Assembly (NCBI GenBank): GCA_039799905.1
Contig: JBDLRP010000011.1
Span: 1 to 39,230 of the forward strand
Direction of reading: 5' to 3'
Source of the DNA: Pseudomonadota bacterium
GTDB lineage: Bacteria > Bdellovibrionota_B > Oligoflexia > Silvanigrellales > Silvanigrellaceae
DNA: 39,230 nucleotides
A program made the translations under genes and the position numbers. Below the pieces are notes generated by a model. That model was not told the origin of the DNA and searched no databases. It saw only the letters and a list, made by a program, of their open reading frames with translations. Positions 27,092 through 35,810 of this stretch are shown one piece after another (the first letter of the stretch is position 1; each line of letters starts with the position of its first letter).

Positions 27092-27814
27092 TCAAAGGCT
27101 GTTAATGTACTCAAGAAGATCTTTCCGCTCTTCTGCCGACAGCGTCTTCCTTCGCGGCATTGAACCGCTCCTTACTTCCTTGCGGATGTCACCTTTCTTT
27201 CTACGCCACTGGCTCACTGTTTCCAGCCGTGGGCTCTCCCCACCTGCTGAATGACAACCAATACAAAGCAACCTTGCAGTCTCGAATGTAAATTTTGCTG
27301 CCTGAGCCGGCGGCGCTGGTTGAGCAGCTGAGCCCGCAAGAAGTTTGTCCAAAAATGCGATCATCCTTGCTTTATCAGTCGCTGAAAGTGTCTGCGGAGG
27401 AGGAGGCATACGGTCAGATACGACTGCAGATCGTGATGCATTTGCAAACGCGGCCCAGTCGGCCTCATTTCCACCTGCTTTATCCCAGACACGTGCGCCT
27501 GACGCTCCTGGCTGATGGCAGGCAACACACCTTGCCTTGGCCTCGTCCAACGTCATCGCATTCGCTGAGTTACCTGAACCCGGATTACCTCCGCCATTTG
27601 CAGAACCCGGAGGAGGGTTTTCTGCTGCCGGTGGGGAACCCGACGGAGCGTTTCCGGAAGCACCATCCACATGACCGGAATCTTTTTTCGAACTAACCGT
27701 CGGCACCTGTTTTGATTCGAGTTTCTTTTGAGCTGCATCGCCTGTTGTCGGAACCTGACCACAGGCACTCAGAGCGGCCAGCACAAAAGCTGACAAAAAC
27801 AATGATAAACCCAT
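27092..27814 (-). CDS. Diheme c-type cytochrome lipoprotein
   Basis: Lipobox LSA-C, a Gly/Ser/Pro linker, then two modules CVACH...MPP and CIGCH...MPR. Start ATG 27814 or TTG 27826. Confidence 0.85.
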   Translation of the reverse strand: MGLSLFLSAFVLAALSACGQVPTTGDAAQKKLESKQVPTVSSKKDSGHVDGASGNAPSGSPPAAENPPPGSANGGGNPGSGNSANAMTLDEAKARCVACHQPGASGARVWDKAGGNEADWAAFANASRSAVVSDRMPPPPQTLSATDKARMIAFLDKLLAGSAAQPAPPAQAAKFTFETARLLCIGCHSAGGESPRLETVSQWRRKKGDIRKEVRSGSMPRRKTLSAEERKDLLEYINSL

Positions 27815-27934
27815 TCCTGCCCCCAATAAGAGCCGTATCGGATCTGTTGAAATCCCGATTGAGTATTTTCACAATTCTCTTTTTTCTCAGAGATTTATCA
27901 TGAACTTTTCCGGACAGAAAATTTCGCAAAAATC

Positions 27935-28660
27935 TCAATATCGCGGGTATGGGTCAATTCCGGAGTTTTTTAAAAATGTTTCAACCTTGATCAGACGACG
28001 CTTTTGATCGGCGCGGATAAGCGACTCATCATTGTTGAAACGCCCGACGTCCTCGAATGCATTTGAATCTGGATCACGGTAGGAATCGACCGACAGCTGG
28101 ATGAGTGTCTCGAGTGAAATCCCTTGCACCTTGAGGGTCGACATCCGGTCCAAGAATCCTTTGCGATCGGTCGCTGCAAGCGGACTTTGTGTGAGCAAAG
28201 TAAAGAACGCGCCGGCCAGCATCGGATGATTTGCGGGAAGCAGTGCTCCGCGTGCCGCATCCGCGAATCGAGCTCTGAGCGGCTTGATCTTGGCATCCAG
28301 ATAATACTGATCAGCCTCTTCTGCCGACCTTTCGCCACAGACAATGCAACTGAACAGACCAACATTGCGTCGCCCCGAATCACCGTGACCATAATATGCC
28401 TGTGTCGGCGAACCGTTGAGGTTGATTGTGCCCTCGGCGTGTCCAATTGCGAGAATCAAAACAGATTTGGGCGTGCGAATAGCCTCGCTCACATCGAAAT
28501 CAATTGTGACAGAGGCATCACGCTGCGGGCCGACCGGAGCTGCCGGCCGAGCCGTTGCCACAGGCGCAACGCGGCGGCCAACCCTCAGTGTGTTCTGGCA
28601 AGCGGCAACAAAAAAACAGACAGGTACGATGACCGCCACCAGACTGTTTTTCATCAACAT
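27935..28660 (-). CDS. Hypothetical lipoprotein, possible lysozyme-like fold
   Basis: Lipobox FVAA-C. Conserved-looking AIGHAEGT...AYYGHGD...NVGLFS and DQKRR motifs. Confidence 0.7.
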   Translation of the reverse strand: MLMKNSLVAVIVPVCFFVAACQNTLRVGRRVAPVATARPAAPVGPQRDASVTIDFDVSEAIRTPKSVLILAIGHAEGTINLNGSPTQAYYGHGDSGRRNVGLFSCIVCGERSAEEADQYYLDAKIKPLRARFADAARGALLPANHPMLAGAFFTLLTQSPLAATDRKGFLDRMSTLKVQGISLETLIQLSVDSYRDPDSNAFEDVGRFNNDESLIRADQKRRLIKVETFLKNSGIDPYPRY

Positions 28661-28687
28661 AAAAACTCCGCTGAGGGATTATTTTTT

Positions 28688-30262
28688 TTAATCACGCAGA
28701 GGACGGCGTCCGCCCGGAGCAATCCACTCCTTGTAACGCGCCATTTCTTGCGGAGTCGGATTCGCCTTGCGGAACTTCTTGCCGTTCAGAGAAACCTCAA
28801 TGCGTCGATTTGCCGCACGCCCCTGTTTGGTTGCATTGCTGGCGATCGGAAAACGGAACGCAGAGCCCGATGTCGTGATGATTTCCGGAGTGACGTCCCG
28901 CTCGATCAAAGCCTTGCGCACTGCATCCGCACGGCGCTTCGAGAGAGCCATGTTGACGTCCAGTGAACCGACAGAGTCTGTATGGCCTTCGATGTGAATC
29001 GCTGTCGGCTTTTCGATTTCAAGCCGGTCTTTGAGCTCCTGAATTGTTTTCATCGCCTGCGGCGTAAGCTCAGCACTGCCAAATTTGAATCTGACGTAAC
29101 CAACATCAACAATCTGGCCACCCACCAGCAGCTTGAGAAGACTTTCATCGCTCGCCAGCTGCCGCGGTGCCTCTTCGGCACGGCTGTCAGCAAGAATCCG
29201 ATCAAGGTCGACATCAGAATAGGCGGGCAAGGCATCGCGTGGATCAAAGACATCCACCGATTCCGACTCCTTCACGCCGCCGGATGTATAGCGAAGACCA
29301 GCCATAACTCGAAACAAGGGCGATCCGACTCCACGCCCCAAGGCAGTGCCCACAGACGCGTGATACGTCATGTTGGTTTCTGCCAGATATCGGGCACCGA
29401 AGGCCCATTCCCATGGGTTGCCCGCACTGCTCAATGAAAGAAATCCCTGACTGAACTCGGCTTTAAGTCCAGCTTCCAGCGAAAGATGCCCCTTTGTCCG
29501 CGGCGTTCCCTGCAGACTCCATTGAAAACTGCTGTCCCAGCTCACAGCATAGCTGCGTGCCAAAAGTGTTTTTCGCCCGCCAGTGAAGCCAGTTTCTCCG
29601 ACAACTCTTTCACGATCACCCCAAATGATGATCCCAGGGGTCAGGCTGACTTCCCAATCACCTGTCGTTGAAAACAGCGAACTCGGAATGCTGATTTTGG
29701 TTCGGGTCGTTCCGTCCGAAAGAAGCGCTTTTCTGTCGCCCAACGGCAGACGAATCTCACCTGAAATGGCGTGTGTTCCAGCCAGGTCAGTTCCCCAGTC
29801 AAGGAGTTTGTATTTGAGCCCGATCCGCGGATCGGACAAAAGTAAAAACTGCCGCGAGCCGCCGACCTCGAGAAGATAATTTTCCGGATTTTCGTGAATG
29901 TTCAACAGCGCAATCGGCAGCACTCCGGACAACTCGATCTCAGGCAACAACGCATAGGCGGCCGACGCATGAGTCATCAACAGATGATCGACAACTCCAA
30001 ACCGTGTGTCCTTGCCATCACCCAACTCAACCGGCCTGAGAACATAATCCACCGTCGCGCCGTACATCCATGCCTTATGTGGAATGACGTGCGGTGTCTC
30101 GTTGAGCAGTGCCGAGGAGTTACCTGCGGCAGGCGCAAAGTTCTCGGAATTGAAACCAAGGGCGTGTGCCTTTTGCACAACTGGCGCCGAGACGCAAAAA
30201 GCTGCAAGTTGCAAAAGCCGGAAAGCGGATCTCAAAACTTTTCTACTCTTGTCTGAATTCAT
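28688..30262 (-). CDS. Outer-membrane beta-barrel protein with a C-terminal OmpA peptidoglycan-binding domain (TraB-like architecture)
   Basis: Signal peptide (AHA-LG), amphipathic strands ending FRVMAGLRY, then OmpA_C motifs IEGHTDSVG...NMALSKRRADAV...NATKQGRAANRRIE. ATG 30262 overlaps the upstream stop. Confidence 0.88.
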   Translation of the reverse strand: MNSDKSRKVLRSAFRLLQLAAFCVSAPVVQKAHALGFNSENFAPAAGNSSALLNETPHVIPHKAWMYGATVDYVLRPVELGDGKDTRFGVVDHLLMTHASAAYALLPEIELSGVLPIALLNIHENPENYLLEVGGSRQFLLLSDPRIGLKYKLLDWGTDLAGTHAISGEIRLPLGDRKALLSDGTTRTKISIPSSLFSTTGDWEVSLTPGIIIWGDRERVVGETGFTGGRKTLLARSYAVSWDSSFQWSLQGTPRTKGHLSLEAGLKAEFSQGFLSLSSAGNPWEWAFGARYLAETNMTYHASVGTALGRGVGSPLFRVMAGLRYTSGGVKESESVDVFDPRDALPAYSDVDLDRILADSRAEEAPRQLASDESLLKLLVGGQIVDVGYVRFKFGSAELTPQAMKTIQELKDRLEIEKPTAIHIEGHTDSVGSLDVNMALSKRRADAVRKALIERDVTPEIITTSGSAFRFPIASNATKQGRAANRRIEVSLNGKKFRKANPTPQEMARYKEWIAPGGRRPLRD

Positions 30263-32019
30263 GAATGAAGCCTCCCGGAACGATCCGCAGAGCGTCTCCA
30301 CGACCTGCGCACAAAAAGCAGAGGCACGGCGAGAAGTAGAAGCATCAGATGCGTGGCCCGTCCCGATGGGGTATTGGTTTTATCTTCGCCAATCACACCG
30401 CAGTTTCCGGTTCCACCCTGCAGGCGGAGCCGGCTGAACGATTCAAGACTGTCCGACTCACCGACAATGCCAAACTCATTCGCCAGCCGATTTCCCTCGT
30501 CGGCATTGCGATAATCACGCAACTGACCCGACGGCGAGGGAGCCGCGTAGAATCCATCCCCCTTGGGATCTTTGCTGCCAATCAAATCGCCGTCCACAGT
30601 GCGGCCCTCGTCGATGGCCTTGCAGGTCATCGTGTTGTCTGTCGAATTTCCGACAACGATTGTGAACGTCGACGATGCTGACGAGTTTCCATCCTGATAG
30701 ACAGGCGTAACCTTCACGGTGTTGCTGCCATCTTGCAGACCAACAAACTTGATATCAAAGTTGCTTCCCGGCGCTGAGGGCGACACGGCGTTGTAGGTCA
30801 GCTTGCCGCCGGATGCCGGCGTGACTTCCACACGCACGAAGCGCAGGGCGTTCTTGTCGAATTGGGCAAACAATCCATCAAGACCGGCAGTCAGCTGCGA
30901 CTGCCCGCGCGCATAATTGAACTTCACCTTGCCGTTGCCGGTGCGCGCGCTGTTTTCAATCAAAAATCCAGCCGGATTCAGTGTCGCCTTGCCTTCATCA
31001 TCAAAATCAAAATAAGCCACCTGATTCTCGGTAAAGAGAATGTGGTGAACGTTCACCTCGCCGTAGGGTGCCGTCAGAGCTTCCGTATGCGCGGCAGCAA
31101 TCGACTGTGGCGCCTGCCTGTCCACACAGTATTCCTGCACCCTGCCCAATCTTTCGCCGCTGACAATCGCCTCGTTTTTGAGACGCGGCGAATTGCGGCA
31201 GGTAGCTGCGGCGACATATTTGGGAACATTCGGAAGACCATCAGTCACCACAATCACGTTGCGGCCGACGCCTGCTGCGTTGTTCACCTTCTCGTATGCC
31301 TTTTTTGTTCCCCTGAAAAAATAGGTGAAATCCGTTGAGCCGCGCGGCATCCGCACTGCGAAGTCAACAAAGCTCTTCATGTTGTTGATGGCCGCAGCAT
31401 CGGCGGCGGATGCAAACGGCAAATTTTCGCAGATGGAGATTTTAGACGAGTCGGCAGGCGTTCCCCAACGGGCCGTTGCATTCGAAGAAGGAAATATGTC
31501 GGTCGTCTCAGTGCAATAATCCGGTTCGAATCGAGCGTTCAAAACATCTTCAGGCTGATCGGAGAACTCGGTCCCGGAGCGTCCGTTGTAGTTCGTCACC
31601 GCCAGCTGCGGGTACGATGCATTTCCCGGGGCAACTCCTGAGCTTTGGGCAGCAGTCACAAACTTCGAAATGAATTCCTGCACCGCGGGTCCACGTTTGG
31701 CGCCCACATCGGTGGTTTCCTCGCTTTTGGAGTTGTCTACAATGAGCATCACCTGACCGCGCATCTGATTTGCGGGCTGGAAACAGTTGCTCACCGACCA
31801 GTTGAACGCCACCGGACCGGTGGCGCCAGTCGCGCGGCTGATGTTGATGGTCGCATTGTTCACGAGATTCGTGGCTGTCCCGCTGCCGGGAATACAATCA
31901 CGCGTGCTGGCCACAGGTTCGCAGCGAGAAAAGCTCGCTGCGGAGGCAGAGGCGGGCAAGACAGCCAGAGCCACTCCGGAAAGAAGCTTCACGGGACACG
32001 GCTGCAAAATCTTCCTCAC
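30259..32019 (-). CDS. Secreted VWA-domain surface protein with a MYXO-CTERM-like C-terminal sorting signal
   Basis: Signal peptide (ASA-AS). MIDAS D-x-S-x-S (LIVDNSKS, 31723-31737), T (GSTDF) and D (VVTDGLP). C-terminus GGTGNCG-spacer-hydrophobic helix-RRSWRR. GTG 32019 follows AAGGAGG. Confidence 0.82.
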   Translation of the reverse strand: MRKILQPCPVKLLSGVALAVLPASASAASFSRCEPVASTRDCIPGSGTATNLVNNATINISRATGATGPVAFNWSVSNCFQPANQMRGQVMLIVDNSKSEETTDVGAKRGPAVQEFISKFVTAAQSSGVAPGNASYPQLAVTNYNGRSGTEFSDQPEDVLNARFEPDYCTETTDIFPSSNATARWGTPADSSKISICENLPFASAADAAAINNMKSFVDFAVRMPRGSTDFTYFFRGTKKAYEKVNNAAGVGRNVIVVTDGLPNVPKYVAAATCRNSPRLKNEAIVSGERLGRVQEYCVDRQAPQSIAAAHTEALTAPYGEVNVHHILFTENQVAYFDFDDEGKATLNPAGFLIENSARTGNGKVKFNYARGQSQLTAGLDGLFAQFDKNALRFVRVEVTPASGGKLTYNAVSPSAPGSNFDIKFVGLQDGSNTVKVTPVYQDGNSSASSTFTIVVGNSTDNTMTCKAIDEGRTVDGDLIGSKDPKGDGFYAAPSPSGQLRDYRNADEGNRLANEFGIVGESDSLESFSRLRLQGGTGNCGVIGEDKTNTPSGRATHLMLLLLAVPLLFVRRSWRRSADRSGRLHS

Positions 32020-32063
32020 GCCGACATCCTCCTTTCCCATTCAGTTGAAAGTTGCGGGGTTTC

Positions 32064-32078
32064 ACAAAAATATTGCCA
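32064..32078 (-). promoter_or_regulatory. Candidate sigma54 (-24/-12) promoter of the VWA/OmpA operon
   Basis: The minus strand reads TGGCAATATTTTTGT versus the consensus TGGCACGNNNNTTGC. It lies about 45 bp upstream of the GTG. Confidence 0.45.
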
Positions 32079-32227
32079 TGTTTGCCCGCACCCCAACACC
32101 CCTGCCGCTGCGAGAATCTGAGCCGTGCATCAGAGATTTGACACACCTCCGAGATTGAGCGAATTTGCTGTCATTCCCACAAGCAATCCGGCCACTGGTT
32201 GCAAAAAGCCAACCAACGGCCTCATGG

Positions 32228-34429
32228 ATGGACAACAGCATGACTTCTGGCGAACGCCCGACATCTCCGCAGCCGCTGCAGGTGACTGTCTATCTGGACT
32301 GCAACGCAACAACCCACACACATCCCATTGCACTGCAGGCTGCACGCGAGGCCATGGAGCTTTGTTACGGCAATCCAAGCTCCACCCACATGACAGGTCT
32401 GCATGCCAAATCGTTTTTGGAAAGTGCACGCGAGGCGGCGGCACAGGCCGTGGGCGCTGCTTCGGCCGACGAAATCATTTTCAACAGTGGTGCGACGGAA
32501 GGAATTCAATCTTCCATTTTTTCAGTGCTCATCCATCTGCTCGATCAGTTCCGCGAACACGGCCGACTCTCGCGTTGGAGAATCCTCTACGGCGCGACCG
32601 AGCACAAGGCAGTTCCTGCGGCCATCCATCACTGGGCCGAGCTTCTGCGCATTCCCGTTGAAATTGAAGCGATACCTGTTGATGCCGAAGGAATCCTCGA
32701 CATCGCATTCATCGAAAACCGAATCAGCGAATGCGCGCTGATCTGTACGATGGCCGTCAACAACGAAACTGGTGTCATTCAACCACTCGATCAATTGGCT
32801 CATCTCCTGAAGCAGAGTGATGCCGCTGGTTGTTTGTGGTTTGTCGACGGAGTGCAGGCGCTTGGAAAAGTACCGCTCAGTCTTGGCGATTTGGGTGCGC
32901 ACTACGCCTGCTTTTCAGGTCACAAACTCAATGCCCCCAAAGGCATCGGTTTTCTTTGGGTTCACCGTGAAGCGCCTTACACTGCAATGATCGTGGGCGG
33001 CGGCCAAGAGCGCGGCAAACGCTCGGGCACGGAAAACCTGCCCGGAGCGGCCGCATTCGGACGAATCCTGAGTGCACTCAATTCAGAAACACGTTCGATT
33101 TTCCTCAGCCACGATCAGCTCAATCAGTGCAGAGAAAAACTCATTTCAACACTCTCCCGCTGCTTTCCCACTTTGGTCTGGAATGCGAATCTGCACCGCT
33201 GCGTACCAACAACTCTCAATTTTTCGGTGGAAGGCATCTCAAGCAGAGAGCTCATGAATGCTTTTGATGCTGCTGGCGTCCGGGTCTCCGGAGGTTCTGC
33301 CTGCAGCTCGGGGCAGTCCACCGGCAGCCACGTGCTGACAGCCATGCAACTTCCAAAATGGCGCACGCTCAATTCCATCCGGCTTTCATTTGGTCCGGCC
33401 AGCAGTGAAACCGAAATCGACGCCGCCTGTCAGGCGTTGCAGCAGGCTGGTGAGGCGTTACGCGCCAGCTGCATGATTCCGAACCTCCCCGCACGCCTCG
33501 ATCAAATGAACGAAACAGTGCCCTTTGACTCAACCGGCATCAGCGAATTGCGCGCGCTGGACGGGACCCGTGCTTGGCTGCTGATGTGCCGCAATGGTGA
33601 ATCCTTTCTGGTATCTGACTGCGACCGTGCGCTCAGCGAACTCAAAACAAAACTCGCCTGTCGCGGCCTGCAAAACACGCAGATTCTTCTGATGGACGAC
33701 AGCACGGTCCAACACCCACTCACTTCCGGCTGGCGAAGGCTCAAGAGCGCTTCTGGCAACTCATTGGTTTTTGAAACCGGCGAACATCTGCTCAAAGATT
33801 CAAACAGTGCGCCGGCACTCGTTCTCTTCGCTCCCTACAAGGATTGCCTCGCGGAACTGCTGGCAGGTAAAGACGCCGGAATATTTTCAAATAAATTACT
33901 GCTCGCCTGCTTCGCCTGCGAACCAACTGCACTGACCGCCTACGAGTTTCAAGCCAATTCCGCCGGCGGTTTGGCAAAGCACAACTCATCAGCCTCCGGC
34001 GGGACTCCTCCGCAGACAGGAATCGAATGTAACAAGGTGGAACTGGCCACACGCTTGCAAAATCAATCATTCACGGTTCTCGATGTGCGCGAGGCGTTTG
34101 AGGCCGCCACCTGTCACATGGACGATATCCTGCAGCAAATTCTTGCTTTGCCCAAGGCTGAAAACAACGCGGCGAGCTCCGCATTGAACTTCAAAGTCGT
34201 GCCTCTCTCGCGTTTTGCGCAGTTCATTCTTGAGCGCCTGAGCGAACCGCGGCAGGAGAGAATTCTCTGCATTTGCCGCAGCGGACAGCGCAGCCTGCAG
34301 GCAGCCGAGCTGCTGCGCCGAATCGCAGGTTGCGAGGCTTACAGCCTGCGGGGCGGGTTGGCGGATCTCCTTGCACCCAACCTGTCTTTGCCGCCGCGCA
34401 CAGCGGACAGAGGCCTTCATGACCACTGA
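32228..34429 (+). CDS. Cysteine desulfurase (IscS/NifS-type class V aminotransferase) fused to a C-terminal rhodanese domain
   Basis: YLDCNATT, YGNPSS, EHKAV, NNETG, DGVQALGK, SGHK, RSGTEN and catalytic SGGSACSS. Rhodanese LDVRE...CRSGQRS...LRGGL. Start uncertain (32165, 32228 or 32240). Confidence 0.92.
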   Translation: MDNSMTSGERPTSPQPLQVTVYLDCNATTHTHPIALQAAREAMELCYGNPSSTHMTGLHAKSFLESAREAAAQAVGAASADEIIFNSGATEGIQSSIFSVLIHLLDQFREHGRLSRWRILYGATEHKAVPAAIHHWAELLRIPVEIEAIPVDAEGILDIAFIENRISECALICTMAVNNETGVIQPLDQLAHLLKQSDAAGCLWFVDGVQALGKVPLSLGDLGAHYACFSGHKLNAPKGIGFLWVHREAPYTAMIVGGGQERGKRSGTENLPGAAAFGRILSALNSETRSIFLSHDQLNQCREKLISTLSRCFPTLVWNANLHRCVPTTLNFSVEGISSRELMNAFDAAGVRVSGGSACSSGQSTGSHVLTAMQLPKWRTLNSIRLSFGPASSETEIDAACQALQQAGEALRASCMIPNLPARLDQMNETVPFDSTGISELRALDGTRAWLLMCRNGESFLVSDCDRALSELKTKLACRGLQNTQILLMDDSTVQHPLTSGWRRLKSASGNSLVFETGEHLLKDSNSAPALVLFAPYKDCLAELLAGKDAGIFSNKLLLACFACEPTALTAYEFQANSAGGLAKHNSSASGGTPPQTGIECNKVELATRLQNQSFTVLDVREAFEAATCHMDDILQQILALPKAENNAASSALNFKVVPLSRFAQFILERLSEPRQERILCICRSGQRSLQAAELLRRIAGCEAYSLRGGLADLLAPNLSLPPRTADRGLHDH

Positions 34430-35273
34430 TTCGGGATCTCTGCCGCTCGCGCTGCCGGTAAAAGATTTCAGTTTGAATCAGTTGACCTGCCAACTTCTCG
34501 AAACGGCCGACGGCAGCTACTCATTGCGTGTTGGAACACAACAACACAATCTGAGCGAACCAATGCACAGCTCCAAAGGCGCGTGGTCTGAGACCGTTTC
34601 TATTTACTTGCCCGCACTTGAGCACTCGCTGCCCACACGAATGTGCACGGCTGCGGGTGTTGAGTCAGGTCAACTCTGGACTATTGCCTCCGTGGGCTTG
34701 GGCCTTGGCTATAACGAGATAATGGCAGCGGGCCTCGCCCTAAAAGAATCGCTATCCGCGCACCAACTCTATATTGAATCCTATGAGGAATATTGGGAAC
34801 TAGCAGATTCTTTCCGCCGCCACTTCATCGGCACACAGCGACTGCCCAAAGACCACCCTCTGAGCACAGTCTATGCGGACACCTGCCGCCGGACAGCAGA
34901 GCTTTTCGGGATTTCCGAAACGACACTTCACAAATTCATCAACCAACTTTTGATTGAAGGAAGAATAATTCTTAATTCCCGACTCGACACAAAGACTTTG
35001 AACGTCACCGACGCGTCAAGAGAGAAGTTCGGATGCATCCTGTTTGACGCATTTAGTCCGGCGTCGAGTCCGGATTTGTGGGAGGCACACTTACTGGAAT
35101 CAATGGTCACATCAATGCCAGCCCAGACTTGCGTCTTCGCAAGCTATGCAAGCAGGACGGTGCTAAAAAAGATTCTCCGCACAGCAGGTTTTGTGGTTCA
35201 CAAACGAACAGGTTTTGCGGGAAAACGTGAATCCACTTTTGCAGTGCGCGAGCATAAAAGTCCTTCGGAATAA
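34419..35273 (+). CDS. MnmC/MnmD-type SAM-dependent methyltransferase (tRNA mnm5s2U34 family)
   Basis: TADGSYSL...EPMHSSKGAWSET, VGLGLGYN, LFDAFSPASSPDLW and GFAGKRES. ATG 34419 overlaps the end of the desulfurase gene. Confidence 0.85.
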   Translation: MTTDSGSLPLALPVKDFSLNQLTCQLLETADGSYSLRVGTQQHNLSEPMHSSKGAWSETVSIYLPALEHSLPTRMCTAAGVESGQLWTIASVGLGLGYNEIMAAGLALKESLSAHQLYIESYEEYWELADSFRRHFIGTQRLPKDHPLSTVYADTCRRTAELFGISETTLHKFINQLLIEGRIILNSRLDTKTLNVTDASREKFGCILFDAFSPASSPDLWEAHLLESMVTSMPAQTCVFASYASRTVLKKILRTAGFVVHKRTGFAGKRESTFAVREHKSPSE

Positions 35274-35302
35274 AAAAAACCCGGCAGAAGCCGGGTTTTT
35301 TT
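35272..35302. terminator. Bidirectional rho-independent terminator
   Basis: A8-cccggc-agaa-gccggg-T7, located between convergent genes. Confidence 0.92.
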
Positions 35303-35340
35303 GCTGAACCCGCCTCGCGGCGGGGGCAACCTTACTCAAA

Positions 35341-35640
35341 TTACTGAGCAGGAGCAGCAGCAGGAGCTTCTGCAGGTGCAGCAGCAGGAGCAGCGGCGTC
35401 AGCTGCAGGAGCTTCTGCAGGAGCAGCCTTCTTAGCCTTCTTCTTGCTCTTCTTAGCTGTCTTCTTAGCCTTCTTAGAAGCCTTTTCTTCCTTCTTAGCT
35501 TCAGCTGCAGGAGCAGCGTCAGCAGCAGGAGCCGCAGCAGCAGGAGCTGCGTCGGTAGCAGCTGCAGGAGCAGCAGCTTCGTTAGCCAGAGCAGTTGAGA
35601 ACGCGAAAACGGAAGCGATAGCAACAAGAGCTAATTTCAT
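35341..35640 (-). CDS. Small secreted Ala/Pro/Lys-rich low-complexity protein
   Basis: Signal peptide MKLALVAIASVFAFSTALA, GGAGG RBS, strongly biased GCT/GCA/AAG codons, and a terminator downstream. Confidence 0.85.
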   Translation of the reverse strand: MKLALVAIASVFAFSTALANEAAAPAAATDAAPAAAAPAADAAPAAEAKKEEKASKKAKKTAKKSKKKAKKAAPAEAPAADAAAPAAAPAEAPAAAPAQ

Positions 35641-35663
35641 GAGAGACCTCCAATGAACAATCG

Positions 35664-35680
35664 TTCAAAGCTGCTTTGAA
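35664..35680. promoter_or_regulatory. Perfect palindrome upstream of the small secreted protein
   Basis: TTCAAAGC-t-GCTTTGAA, 24-40 bp upstream of the minus-strand ATG. Confidence 0.4.
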
Positions 35681-35810
35681 GAGTTCTGGCTCCATGCCCG
35701 ACCACCCGAGAACAGCTTCTGCAGGGAATACGACCCAGCGACAGCATTTATTCCGCGAAACATTTTTTTTTTCAACAAATGGGGAAAAAAGTTTCTAGCG
35801 GAAAGATGCA

